Positions 39,749 through 51,176 of a DNA stretch of 64,000 nt are shown piece by piece; the stretch's first letter is position 1, and each line of letters starts with the position of its first letter. This DNA comes from Tetramitus jugosus. Taxonomy: Eukaryota; Protista; Heterolobosea. The position numbers and the translations under genes are program-made. The notes beneath the pieces are model-generated. The model was not told the origin of the DNA. It made no database searches and worked only from the letters and a program-made list of their open reading frames with translations. The stretch lies in contig OW569380.1 of assembly GCA_937625935.1 (NCBI GenBank), positions 186,001-250,000 on the forward strand, given 5' to 3'.

Positions 39749-42361
39749 TTAATTGTTGTCATTAATATAGATATCATCTGATCTCTGCATGACAAAAAAT
39801 GGATGCTTGTGCTTGTCGTTCTTACCTCTCGTCAAATGCGATTCATCCTTGAGCATAAAACCATGCCGCAGGAAGAAGCTCACATTTGCTGGGTCAACAG
39901 GCATACTATAGCACGATAGTCCATTTTCATTGGCTATCCTGAGTACTGGTTGAGTGACGAGAGAGCCAAATCCATGATTAACCATGGATGGCAACACTCC
40001 GACTGCATACATGAGCCAGTGATGATCTGATTTTGTTTGTTGGGAGGTTGCCAAATGAACACGATGTAGAACATCGATTAGCTGCAGTATCCGATTACAT
40101 GTTTTGATGCTGACAAGTTTCATCAGTTGAGAGTATAGCTTAATAGAGCGTAACCGATTTCTAGTCTCTTGCCAGAAGCAAATTGGATCTGGTTTTGGAT
40201 GCTGCCATATTGATACAGCTTGAACGGCCGACTGGCCGTACAGGTCATGATTTGTGAGAACATAGATACGACCATGGCTGATGGCTACACGTATCAACTC
40301 TCCCATAACCAAAAGTAACACCTTTTGTTGCTTGTATGTGAGCTCAGGTAGTTCACAACTCCTTGATCGTGCATACAGATTGGCAAACTTTTCTTCTTTG
40401 ACTCTGTTGATTAACAATTCATTGACTTCATCAATAGAACGTGGTTGAGCATCGATTGAGCGCTGAAAGTCCATTGATGATAGTGCAACTGAGTAATCAT
40501 GGTCTGCCCTGTTTAAATTTTCTGCCTTCTCCTTGCTTTCTAATTGAAACAGGATCCGGATGAATGAGTGACTAGAGAATGCCTGGGCCATGACTTGAAT
40601 ACATTGATCAACTTGATTTGGCAGCATTTCATGCACCATTTTCTTTCCTAGTGTTGACTTTTTTCTCTTCGCCAACGCCTTCTTCTTATGCTTGAAGTAA
40701 TACTTTAGATATCGCTGAAGTGTTTCTGATGTGTGCGTTGAATTCACACTTGGTTTGACATGAGAACTTTTCTCGTTCAGAGCTCTCTTTGTTCCAAAAT
40801 CTGGTTTCTGTACTTGATTACCTAGAGTACGTTCGCAAATGCTTCTCCATAATGTTTGATTCTGACACAGTTGGTACCATTGTCGATTGGCACGCATAAT
40901 ATTATACAAGGAAGATAGACCCAAGAAAGATAGGATGTGGACTTTGATCGATTCGGATTGAATCATTGAATCGAACGATACCAAACTGATCAGTGGGCTC
41001 GAGGAGTAAAATGAATGCTGGTTATGAGCATCATCCAGCGCCGGAGTATGTGAATCATAGAGCATCTGCTGTAGAATCGTTATACATTCGAACGCACTTG
41101 GTCTATCCTTTGGGTTATAGGATAACAGTCGCTTCATAAAGTCAAACAGTGCCACCCTATATCCATATTGTTCACAGATCTTTACTCGCAAATTATCAAA
41201 GAATTCCGAGAGACCAATCATAGAGTCATGCCCATTGTTCGTTGTTGTTGTGGCATAGAGATCTGTACCATTCTTCCTTCCGGATGTAGAGCTATTCCAT
41301 TGCTTCGTGAGCATGCATGTTTTTCCAGTCAGCATGTTCATCAAAATCATTCCTAACGAATAGATATCAATCTTCTCGTTGTAAGGTTCGTTGAGCAAGA
41401 CTTCAATTGCAATAAAGTCGGGTGTTCCACACAATGTGTATGCCTTGTACGAATCCTCTCTCCTCAATTGCTTCACAGTTCCAAAATCTGCAATTTTCAA
41501 AATATTGTCCCGCGAAATGAGCACATTTGATGGTTTCAAATCTCTGTGTAGCAATCCATTTTCGTGCAATTGATTGAGACCATTTGCAATCTGAATCAAA
41601 AATTGAATCACTATTCTTTCCTTGATGGGCTGATAGCAAGAATACGCTCCATTCCCACCACTGGTAACTATTGTCCTTCTTCTCATCATTTCCGTTGCAC
41701 CTCCACTCGAATCAATCGCGAGGATAGGGATACTATCATCATTTGAAAAAACAGATGCTTCAAGGTGTTGACTCGTACTCGTGCTACTCGTACTACCGCT
41801 ACTACTTGTATTGGAGCTACGCATATGATTGTGATTATTATGACTAAGAAAAGGATTCCAATGTCTCTGAATAAAAGAACTAAGATCTCCACCCTCACAA
41901 TACTCCATCACTAAACAAATATACATTGTATGTGCCTTTTGTAAACGATCGTGTCAGTGACATCAAATGTCATCCGCCAACACAAAAAATAAAAAATGAA
42001 ATATTTGTTCCAACACGACCGACACACAACATACAGCAGGATATCGATGCAAAAAAACTCTCTTGTACTCGACTAGATTGTTTTCATCAATCAGTGCACT
42101 GCGATTCGAATTATTACTGGTACTAGTGGTAGTAGCAGTACCCTGTTGGGAGTCTGACTTGTTATTTGTTATTTGAAAGTTTCGCCTATTCGTCAACAGC
42201 ATAAACGACGTTGCCTCATTCATGTGTAAATTGGCCTTTTCCATACTTGAAATTTCCATTCTCTTGATGGCCAACAACTCGTGAGTCGTCTTGTTCTGGC
42301 ACTGTAGGACATGACCTTCGGCACCCTGTCCTAACAACTTGACAACAAAATATTGATCCAT
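39749..42361 (-). CDS. Ser/Thr kinase (NEK-like) - F-box - GNAT-like fusion protein; intron about 41936..42034
   Basis: Exon 1 LGQGAEG/AIK joins in frame (GTATGT...CACTGAC...AAG) to VMEYCEGGDL, HRDLKPSN, DFG, CGTPDFIA; HILSFL..ANRQWYQLCQNQTLWR (F-box); WLMYAVGVLPSMVNHGFGSLV..NVSFFLRHGF (GNAT). Confidence 0.85.
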
Positions 42362-42502
42362 TCAATGAACATAACAACTGGACTTCTGCGGTTTGGTGAG
42401 GTTTTGCAGTCCGGATGTGGGATATCGGGAAGAGATGTCAAAAGTCATCGGACAAATAAAAGTAAAAATCCAGTCTATCGGAAAATTAATGATAACATCC
42501 AA

Positions 42503-42575
42503 AGCATCTTGGCGCAGCGGTTAGCGCGACGGGCTCATAACCCGTAGGTCCCAGGATCGATACCTGGAGATGCTA
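42503..42575 (+). tRNA. Initiator tRNA-Met(CAT)
   Basis: AGCATCTTGGCGCAGCGGTTAGCGCGACGGGCTCATAACCCGTAGGTCCCAGGATCGATACCTGGAGATGCTA: A1:U72, three G:C pairs in anticodon stem, GATCG T-loop (eukaryotic initiator hallmarks). Confidence 0.96.
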
Positions 42576-42638
42576 ATCAACCCTTTTGTTTCTGGGCGAT
42601 TGATTGAAAAGCAAAGCCACAAAAGCACAAAAACCATC

Positions 42639-44192
42639 ATGCAACAATCGTCCAAATTGATCTCTCAAGCGTCTGCTGTGCTGCTCAAGCGATCCTCTCC
42701 ATTGATCAGGTCATCAAGAAATTGTGGAACCAAAGCACCATTCCTCAAGCATTACTCCAATGATGCTTCTTCTGAAGAAACAGAAGTGAAACCAAGTCAC
42801 TTGCAATCAAGTGGTGTCAAGACAACTCCAGCTGTTGCAGAACAATCGTTCAACACTGTTTTTATTGAACAAATGAGAGTCGCTTCAGAGTAAGTCGTTT
42901 AGTTGGAGTTATTGTAATCATAACTCCTTGACATTTTTTTGTTGGTTTTTTTGTAAGCTCAGAGAAGAAATTTACAAGTTTTTTTTGTCTTTTTTCTCAC
43001 TAATTACAGCATGGATTATCATTTGAATGTTGGAAGACACAAGAGAAAGCAAGAATCACAAGAATTGGAAGAAAAGAGAGTACAGGATGAACAAAAGGCG
43101 GGAAAGAATGTCTCAGTGTTTGAATTAAAAACAAGAAAGCCAAGTGACTCTATTGTGGAGTACTCGTTGCCATTCTCGACAGATGCTCGTCTGAGAGACA
43201 TGTATACCACAGAGGGACAACGTGGTATTCGCATTGGTCGTCTCTTGGAGGATTTGGATGCTCTGGCAGGAGAAATTGCTTACAAGCATGCAGAAGGTAC
43301 ACATCCTGCTCGCCCAATCACAATCGTCACTGCCAGTGTCGATCGTATCGAGCTACAAAGAAATTTGTGGCCATTCTTTGATTTGAGATTCAGAGGATGG
43401 GTTACATGGGTCGGTAGTTCGTCCATGGAAGTACGAATCGATGTGCAGCACGTGGATTCTACTGGTAAGGAACAAAAGGCAATGGTTGCCTATTTTATGA
43501 TGGTGGCAAGAGACAAGTACTCCAACAAGGCCGTTCCTGTGCACTCGCTGAGCCCTGAAACAGAGCAAGACAAGAAATTGTATAGATTGGGTGAGGAGAA
43601 CAAGCAGAGAAGAAAGACAACTGGTGATCAATCATTGACAATTTCACCTCCGTCCAGTGAAGAAGCCAAGCTCATTCACGAACTCTTCTTAGAACAGCAA
43701 AAGCAAAAGCGCATGAGGTTGGTCAGCTCTGAAGATGTACCAATGTCTCAAACCGTTGTTGATAGCACATACCTCATGCAACCACAACAGAGAAACATTC
43801 ATAACAAGATTTTTGGTGGTTACATCATGAGAAAGGGATTCGAGCTTGCCTATACTGCTTCTTGGATTTTCAGCAAGCACAGACCTAGATTCATTGCTCT
43901 GGATGATAACACTTTCCTGAAGCCAGTCGAGATCGGATCTGTGGTTACCTTTACTGCGACTGTCGTTTATGCTGAAGGTGACTCCTGTACAGTTGTTGTC
44001 AAAGTGGAAGTTTTGCACCCAGAGACTGGCAAGAAGGAAACCACAAACATTTTCTATTTCTCATTCGGTATTCCAGTTCAAAACAGGATTGTCCCAGAGA
44101 CCTACCAGGAAGCAATGATGTTCATTGAGGGAAAGAGAATACATGAGAAATCGAGAAAAATGTCCCATATTCTCATGACCACAACACATTAA
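42639..44192 (+). CDS. ACOT9: Mitochondrial acyl-CoA thioesterase (ACOT9/10-like, double hotdog); intron 42890..43009
   Basis: RIGRLLEDLDALAG, IVTASVDRI, VTWVGSSSMEV, RNIHNKIFGGYIMRKGFELA; GTAAGT...CTAAT.ACAG intron restores frame. Confidence 0.92.
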
Positions 44193-44281
44193 TCGGACAC
44201 AACCTTTTGGAAAAGGGATACAATACAAAAATTAAACCATAAATCTATGCTCATTTGATAGACGACAGACACCGTAAGCAT

Positions 44282-46807
44282 TTATTCTGGCTTGATTTGC
44301 CATTCTTGCTTGTAAAGAATCTTGTCTTGGCTTGGAAGACTCCATCCCCAGAAGGTAACTCTTCCTTGCTTGTCCCACTTGCAGTCAAAGAACTTCAAGA
44401 AGTGGCAAACCTTGGTTGCATAATAGCCTTCCAAAGCAGCACTCATTGGCTGAGTCTGCAACTTGACGTCAATTCCGACAGTGCATGTAGTTCCGTGAAT
44501 GTATGCCTGAGGGATGACATCAGCATTGAACCTGGCGTTCAATTCAATACCTCCTCTGACAATCAACAAATTAATTTCAGCATTACCAGCAAGCACAACT
44601 GTTGCACTTGGCACAATTTGGGCCATTGCACTCAATTGGCTGTCACATATTTGCCAACCCCATGAGGCATCGAGAATCAAAGAAGCAGAAGCCTTGAAGG
44701 TAACTGGGACAACACTGATCCAAACAGTATAGGACAGTGAGACACCAGGTGCAGCATGATACAAGTGATAAGAGTGTTCGCCGCAGTCAACCAAGGCCAA
44801 GCTCTTTTGATAGACAACCTTGCCAAACACAGAAAGGAACAACTCATTACCAATCACTTGACCGCCTCTCTTTCCATAAACGGCTCTTGCGTCGAGCGCT
44901 GGTTGAGGGATGCCCAAGATGTTAATGTTTGCTGTAGCTTCAGCCAAAGCCTTGTAGTTGAAGCTTGGGTGATTGCAGTCAAAGTTGGTGCCGACGAACA
45001 AGTTAGCATTGAAATCAGCACTAATCTTTTCGCCACCAATAGTGTAATCTACGGTGTAGTTCTTGTTGTATGGGAAATCTGGGTCAGAGGCAAATGGATA
45101 AGTTCTCATCATATTTTGAGCAACCTCAGGATAACTGCTTGGTTCATAGTTCTTGAGTGCGAAAGCAGCAGCCATTCTGACACGCAAATCACCACTAGTG
45201 AAAGCAGCAGCTGGGATAGCAGACAATGGAACAAGAGAGCTACCAGCATTGCTGATGGCACCAAGTGCAGAAACAGCAATGGTGGTGTTAGCAGTCTTGA
45301 TGGACTGAGCCAATACCTTGATCAAGTTGCTAGCTCCTTCTTGAGCGATGGCTTTGTCAACATTGTTCTGTGACAACAAAGAACCAAAGGCCAACAAAGT
45401 AGCATCACTCATCTCAGCATCATTAATATTGGCATAGAAATGTTGCAAGATTGAGGTAATCAAGAATGAGGATGGTTGCTTGACGCCAGAACCAATAGAG
45501 ACAATAGAGTGATATCTCGATTGTCTATCCTTGTTCTTCAAACCATACTTGATGAGCAGATTGTGAACATTCTCTCTGTTCATTCCAGTAGCAATAAACA
45601 ACAATTTTTCTCTGTAGATCTTATCGTTGCTTCTTGCCTCTTGGAATTCAACAAAGAATGGCTCCAACAGAGCATTGACTGGCAAGGTTTCGTCTTGATT
45701 CAAATGAATAATCAAGTTTTGAATGGTGTTGTAGTGCTTCTTGATGCAACCACTGTCCATCATAACCTGCTTCAATACGATAGATGGAGAATCAGACAGG
45801 ATTGGCAATTGAGTAGCCTTTGAAATGGCAACAGCATCCGATGCAATATCAAACAAGGTACCAGTCTGGAGGGACTCTTCGTTGCTCAAAGCAGCCTTGT
45901 TCATTGACATGACACCCTCAGCAAAGTAATCATTGTTTGTAGCACTCACAATGGATTGACTCTTCATAGCAATGGACAAAACACCACGAGACTTCATATC
46001 CATATCGAATCCAATTTGATCAGAGTTGGATGGAGAAGCAGAGGAGGAGGATTGACGAGCCATATTCACAAAAAGAACAGTCTGTTCAACAGTAGATCCA
46101 GCAATCAAACCAGAGGAATGAATGTTGGTGCTTGTAGTAGCTTGAACAGCCACATTCTTCTTTGTCAAGCTTGGATCAGCAAACTTTTCAAAATCTTGTT
46201 GATCAAATGTCTTGATCACATGAACGGAATCGTCGTTGCTTGCACTGGAAACAGATCCAACGAATTGAGACAAGTGAACACCAGATGGATCTTGTTCAAC
46301 AGCAGATTGAGATTGACCAGGTTGAGTAACTCTAGTTTGAAGACTGTTGATGGCAGAAAGCTTCACATTGAGCACATAGGACTCATCCTTCTTGTTGTAC
46401 CAAATCGTGGTGATCTCACCAGATTTTTGTTGCTCAAAATAAACATCGTAGCCCAATGGTTGCGCGCCAGAAGCCGTTGGAAGAGCAAAGAGCGGCAATT
46501 TTCTGCTTGTTCTTTCTTGTTCGACATGAACACTTGTGTCGAACATGTTGGACACAAACAAAAAGGAGTTTGGTCTGACTTCTTGACATAGAATCACGAG
46601 AGTGGATGTCATGGAAGAAACGGAACCACTTGTTTGTGCAGAGGTGGACATGACCTGACCTCTGGCATCGATATTTGCGTTCAAGCTATAGACAATTTGT
46701 TGACCCTTTGTAAAGTTGAGTTGAGTTGGTGCAGCTGCATTCATTAGCATTGCAGAGCTAGTGAACAGAGCAACCAACACCCACAGGAAAATGAGGGAAG
46801 GTTTCAT
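44282..46807 (-). CDS. Secreted large protein, vitellogenin/large lipid-transfer N-domain-like
   Basis: Signal peptide; beta-rich N domain (YFEQQKSGEI, QDPSGVHLSQF), helical-repeat middle (LLAFGSL..ALGAISNAG..VRMAAAFAL), Cys-containing beta C domain. Confidence 0.6.
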   Translation of the reverse strand: MKPSLIFLWVLVALFTSSAMLMNAAAPTQLNFTKGQQIVYSLNANIDARGQVMSTSAQTSGSVSSMTSTLVILCQEVRPNSFLFVSNMFDTSVHVEQERTSRKLPLFALPTASGAQPLGYDVYFEQQKSGEITTIWYNKKDESYVLNVKLSAINSLQTRVTQPGQSQSAVEQDPSGVHLSQFVGSVSSASNDDSVHVIKTFDQQDFEKFADPSLTKKNVAVQATTSTNIHSSGLIAGSTVEQTVLFVNMARQSSSSASPSNSDQIGFDMDMKSRGVLSIAMKSQSIVSATNNDYFAEGVMSMNKAALSNEESLQTGTLFDIASDAVAISKATQLPILSDSPSIVLKQVMMDSGCIKKHYNTIQNLIIHLNQDETLPVNALLEPFFVEFQEARSNDKIYREKLLFIATGMNRENVHNLLIKYGLKNKDRQSRYHSIVSIGSGVKQPSSFLITSILQHFYANINDAEMSDATLLAFGSLLSQNNVDKAIAQEGASNLIKVLAQSIKTANTTIAVSALGAISNAGSSLVPLSAIPAAAFTSGDLRVRMAAAFALKNYEPSSYPEVAQNMMRTYPFASDPDFPYNKNYTVDYTIGGEKISADFNANLFVGTNFDCNHPSFNYKALAEATANINILGIPQPALDARAVYGKRGGQVIGNELFLSVFGKVVYQKSLALVDCGEHSYHLYHAAPGVSLSYTVWISVVPVTFKASASLILDASWGWQICDSQLSAMAQIVPSATVVLAGNAEINLLIVRGGIELNARFNADVIPQAYIHGTTCTVGIDVKLQTQPMSAALEGYYATKVCHFLKFFDCKWDKQGRVTFWGWSLPSQDKILYKQEWQIKPE

Positions 46808-47053
46808 TTTTTATAAAATAACAATTATTAATGAATTCGGTAATAGTTGATGTTGGATTTTGTTGTTGGCAGATGTTGGAGGTTGAAGCTGTGAAACACG
46901 ACTGTGTGCAGGGGCTCGGGACTTCCATTCACAGATGACATGTAGCGGGTAAAAAACACGCTCTCAAGATAAAAATAAGAATTAAATTCCACCGCTTCCG
47001 GAGAAAATTATCGGAGGAATAGAGAATCAAACAACGAAGAAAAAAAAAGGAAA

Positions 47054-48790
47054 ATGATCAACGCTCAATTGTCATCAAAGAAACGCAAGCGTGACACGGC
47101 ACCCTTCATTGACAATGAAGATGACGATGAAGACGACGACGATGAAGAGGAAGAATACACTTCCAACCATTTTTTTTCACCATCGTCATCCTCCTCCTCA
47201 TATGATCTCCAAAATAGACCCTATCTCGTTCAAGCAACCATGACTCAAAACAGTACAAATCATAACAGTCAACAAAATTCCAATAGTAACTCCACCAATA
47301 ATAATAATAATAATAAGAATAGTAGTAGTGGAGAACAAAGTAACAGCACCACTTCGAGTGACAATAATCGATCTGCGAGTAGTGCATCTGGTGCCAAATA
47401 TCACTGTAATGGATGTGGAAAAGACATTACAAACAAGGTGAGAATCAAGTGTGCACAGTGTCAAGACTTTGATTTGTGTGTCGATTGTTTTTTCGTCGGA
47501 GTCGAAACAGCGCCTCACAAGAACAATCATTCGTATCGGATCATGGACGATTTGAGTGCTCCATTGTATACGAGTCGTTGGAGTGCAGATGAAGAGTTGT
47601 TGTTGTTGGAGGGTATTGAACAGTTTGGACTGGGAAATTGGTTAGATATTTCGGAGCATGTCGGTACAAAGAATCGATTTGAATGCGAGTATCACTATTG
47701 GACAGTGTATATTGATGTTCCGACTTTTCCTGTTCCTCCACCGAGAAAAGCAATTGTAGAGGATGTGACCATCAAGTTGGATGATGTCAAGAAGAATGAT
47801 GATGGAATGTTGTTGTGCTTGGAGAAGGATAAGCCACGAGTGGAGAAGAAGAGAAAGTTGAATACGAAATTGATCAACATGGGTGCTGAATTGGAGTACA
47901 TGCCACTGAGAGGTGATTTTACAGTGGAGTTTGAGAATGAGGCAGAGGATTTGATTGCTGAGATGGAAATTACGGGGAATGACTCGGAAACTGAACGTCA
48001 ACGAAAACTACAAATGCTCTCGACATATGATTTTATATTGGATGAGAGAGAAAAGAGGAAACGATTCGCGTTGGAGAGAGGTGTGATCACTGATTGGAAA
48101 AATTTGACAAAGGATGATAAGAAGCGACCAAAACCCGAGATGGAGCTGTATGAAAAGTATCGAAGATATGCTCGATTCACGACACCAGAGGTCTTCTCTT
48201 CACTGATTGAGAGTTTGATTGAGGAGAGAAGAATTGCGAAACGTATTGAGCAGTTGCAAAACTATAGAAGAAGTGGTATCATGTCTCTCGAACAGGGAGA
48301 GGAGAAGAGGGAGAGTGGATTAGCAAAGAAGACAACAACGTCTACGATTGGATCTGTTGCTGGAGTACTTTCCTTATCAAGTAGCATGACTCGAACACAA
48401 TATCACTATGTCTCACGATCAAAGTCAGCCAGTAACAGATATAGAGCAGATTACGATGGTGCGTTCGATATTCGTCTTTATCCGGGAGCTGAGCTATTAT
48501 CTCAGAGAGAACGAGAGATATGTATCGAGATCAAGATGCCTCCAAAGGTCTATCTTGCATCCAAGGATGCACTCATACGAGAATCGTTCAGACTGAGTCA
48601 AATGGGCACTACACTCAACAAGAAACAAGCCTGTGACTTGATATGTAATTTAACAAGAGGAGATAACGAAGAAGCCAACGATTTGAGTCATGATCTTCCA
48701 GATAGAGGACAGATTAGTGTCATATACGACTTTTGCGTGCTCAGTGGATGGATCAGCAGTGCTGCTCACCATTCCTCTTCTTCCATGTAA
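47054..48790 (+). CDS. ADA2: Transcriptional adaptor ADA2 (SAGA)
   Basis: ZZ finger (YHCNGC..RIKCAQC.DFDLC), SANT (WSADEELLLLEGIEQFGLGNW), YMPLRGDF..EFENEAE, C-terminal SWIRM. Confidence 0.95.
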   Translation: MINAQLSSKKRKRDTAPFIDNEDDDEDDDDEEEEYTSNHFFSPSSSSSSYDLQNRPYLVQATMTQNSTNHNSQQNSNSNSTNNNNNNKNSSSGEQSNSTTSSDNNRSASSASGAKYHCNGCGKDITNKVRIKCAQCQDFDLCVDCFFVGVETAPHKNNHSYRIMDDLSAPLYTSRWSADEELLLLEGIEQFGLGNWLDISEHVGTKNRFECEYHYWTVYIDVPTFPVPPPRKAIVEDVTIKLDDVKKNDDGMLLCLEKDKPRVEKKRKLNTKLINMGAELEYMPLRGDFTVEFENEAEDLIAEMEITGNDSETERQRKLQMLSTYDFILDEREKRKRFALERGVITDWKNLTKDDKKRPKPEMELYEKYRRYARFTTPEVFSSLIESLIEERRIAKRIEQLQNYRRSGIMSLEQGEEKRESGLAKKTTTSTIGSVAGVLSLSSSMTRTQYHYVSRSKSASNRYRADYDGAFDIRLYPGAELLSQREREICIEIKMPPKVYLASKDALIRESFRLSQMGTTLNKKQACDLICNLTRGDNEEANDLSHDLPDRGQISVIYDFCVLSGWISSAAHHSSSSM

Positions 48791-48966
48791 AACAACAACC
48801 CACCATCACTTTTCGTTCCATGTGGAAGTTGAACTTTCAACAAAAATCGGGATTACAACAAAAAAAGCTTCACACACAAACTTTCCCCGCCAACAGAACA
48901 ACGAAGGCTCAAATCACACCGGTATTCAATTTTTTTTAATTTCACAACACAACACCTGATCAAAAT

Positions 48967-49850
48967 ATGACCGTTCAAATTGGAAACTTTACTTATGACA
49001 AGGACGACGTAGCTGATGCTTATGATCCAAACTTGGCACAACACTTGGAAAAATATCTTGAAACGAGCGCATATGACAAGAGTGCCAATCTACGATTGTT
49101 GAAGCTCTATCAATTCTATCCAAATTTGGTCAACTTGAATGCTGTTCAAGGATGTTTGCTAAGAGCTTTGATGTACGGTCTTCCTGATACTGACTTTACC
49201 CTGTGTCTATATTTGCTAAGTGAGAAGAATGTATGTGTTGATGATTGTGTTTTTAGTTTTTGTTGGTGTGCCATGCAGTGTTGTTGTTGATTTTTATTGT
49301 GATTGGTGACAACATACATATTCAGAAGCTCATGCTGTTTTTTTTTAATTTTTGTAATGACAGTTGCAAGAGGAAACTGTTGCCAAGTTGATTCAGATGC
49401 AAACCTGTTTGGAGGAGGGCCAATTCTCCACATTCTGGACTTTGAAGGCTCAAGCTACCGGCATTACCTTCCCAACCAACTTTGATGACTCTATTCAGAA
49501 CTGTACGTTTTTTTTCGCTCGCGAGTTGTGAAGAAGCTTTTGTCTGTTGTTTTTTTGGTCAAAGTGGTTTGCTTACGACATTTATTTTTTTTCTTGTTTG
49601 TATTTTAGTTATTGTAAAGGTGTTGAGCATGACCTACACTGTCATCTCATCTGCAGTCTTCAAACAACAATTGAACAATGGTGATGTTGCACAATTGACC
49701 AAGAAGTACGCAGAGTTGATTGATGTTGCATCTTCTCAAGGTGAATCCGTCACCTTCTTGCCTAATGCATACAACAAGATTGTTGAGAAGAAGCACGTTA
49801 AGAATGTGACCTATGAGCGCCTCTATGGTCTCATTGCCGAATTGAAGTAA
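48967..49850 (+). CDS. eIF3k: Translation initiation factor 3 subunit K; introns about 49231..49363 and 49503..49608
   Basis: YDP..LEKY..YDKSANLRLLKLYQFYP, LPDTDFTLCLYLL; spliced exon LEEGQFSTFW. Confidence 0.88.
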
Positions 49851-49945
49851 AATGAAAATTTATTTTTTTACACGTCCACGCACACAATACACTCATATTT
49901 ACAATGAAACTTCCTGCAGTTTTGGCAGAGAAGTTCTGAGCCATT

Positions 49946-50335
49946 TCAAGCATTGGGTTCGTCCTGTTGTGGTGGTGCACGACGATGATCAACAACTGGA
50001 TGATTGACGACAATGTTCAGTGGACTCTGCTGCAAGAAATGAGTCAATTGAAGTATTCTCATCATATGACCATCACACATTTTCTTGCGCAACAAACATT
50101 CGTACTCTCGTCTCTCAATTTCTCTCGCAATCATGTTGCAGTGGGTCTCATTCTGTAGATCCATCTCATAGAGGTTCAGATGTGTGATTTGAGATCGTAT
50201 CTCTTGCATTTCCAGAGCATGGTTCGGACAGAACAAACCTCCATAGATTTCAGTTAGTTTACTCCTCTTACGGCAGGTTATTCGATGACAAATCGACACT
50301 CCGTGTTGGTTCTCCAGGTCATAAGCTTTTGACAT
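49946..50335 (-). CDS. Small hypothetical protein with a Cys/His motif
   Basis: ATG ORF MSKAYDL..; ICHRITC..GLFCPNH. Confidence 0.5.
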   Translation of the reverse strand: MSKAYDLENQHGVSICHRITCRKRSKLTEIYGGLFCPNHALEMQEIRSQITHLNLYEMDLQNETHCNMIAREIERREYECLLRKKMCDGHMMRILQLTHFLQQSPLNIVVNHPVVDHRRAPPQQDEPNA

Positions 50336-51176
50336 CTTCAAATTTGAGTCGTTCTTTGTCCAGGTGATGGAAAAAAAGAACTGTGAACGCAAGAGAAGTT
50401 CTCAACTTGGGAACGGAGAAATATAGAAGGAGGCCCAAGTTTATTGTATCAATTTCTCTCTTGTCTTTCTGCGACTACTCACCAATACACTTCTTTTCAC
50501 ACAATATCTCTACAGTGAAAACCGTTGTCAAAAGACCCCATCGCTACCCAATCCAAATTGCAGAGTGGGTGACGACCGACACCTTGCCGCGAACTAAATT
50601 GATTTTTGGCGGACCGAATTTCACACCGCGGACCAAAATGCAACCCTGCGTGGAACTAATAAAGCACTGCGATCGCAGCATTGCTTGCACCCGCTTGTTG
50701 TTTATTTGTGAAAACAACACAACACCTCCTCTAACAAGGTCTATATCCATTAAGGAGCTCTATTGCCAGATTGGCTATTAACAAGTGTCCTTATCTCCCA
50801 AAAACACTCCCCACACGAAGTGTTTGAGTTTAAAAGATTAGCTTTTATTTTTTTTGATAATACTTGTTGTTGTCGTACGCACAACCAACCAACCACAGAG
50901 CAAGTTGAAGTTTTCCAGTCATTCCTAAAGGAAATCTTTATTACTGACCAAAACAGTTCAGTTGAATCATTGAAGTTCATTTGTAGGTTTCCTATGTCTA
51001 TGTTACATATCTCTCATTTTCATGTTTCGTGCATGTGTGTGTTGTCAAGCTGTCTGTTTCTCCCAAACACAATTTGACATAGAAACTAACCTTTCCATTT
51101 TGGCGACGACAATTTCTCACCCTACCACACCCCCCAATACAATTTTTATTGTAATGTGGTTAGTTCTCTGCTGAAA

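Noticed and set aside
50511-50540. TACAGTGAAAACC.. resembling a pogo/Tc1 terminal inverted repeat
   Set aside because: No matching inverted copy or transposase found nearby
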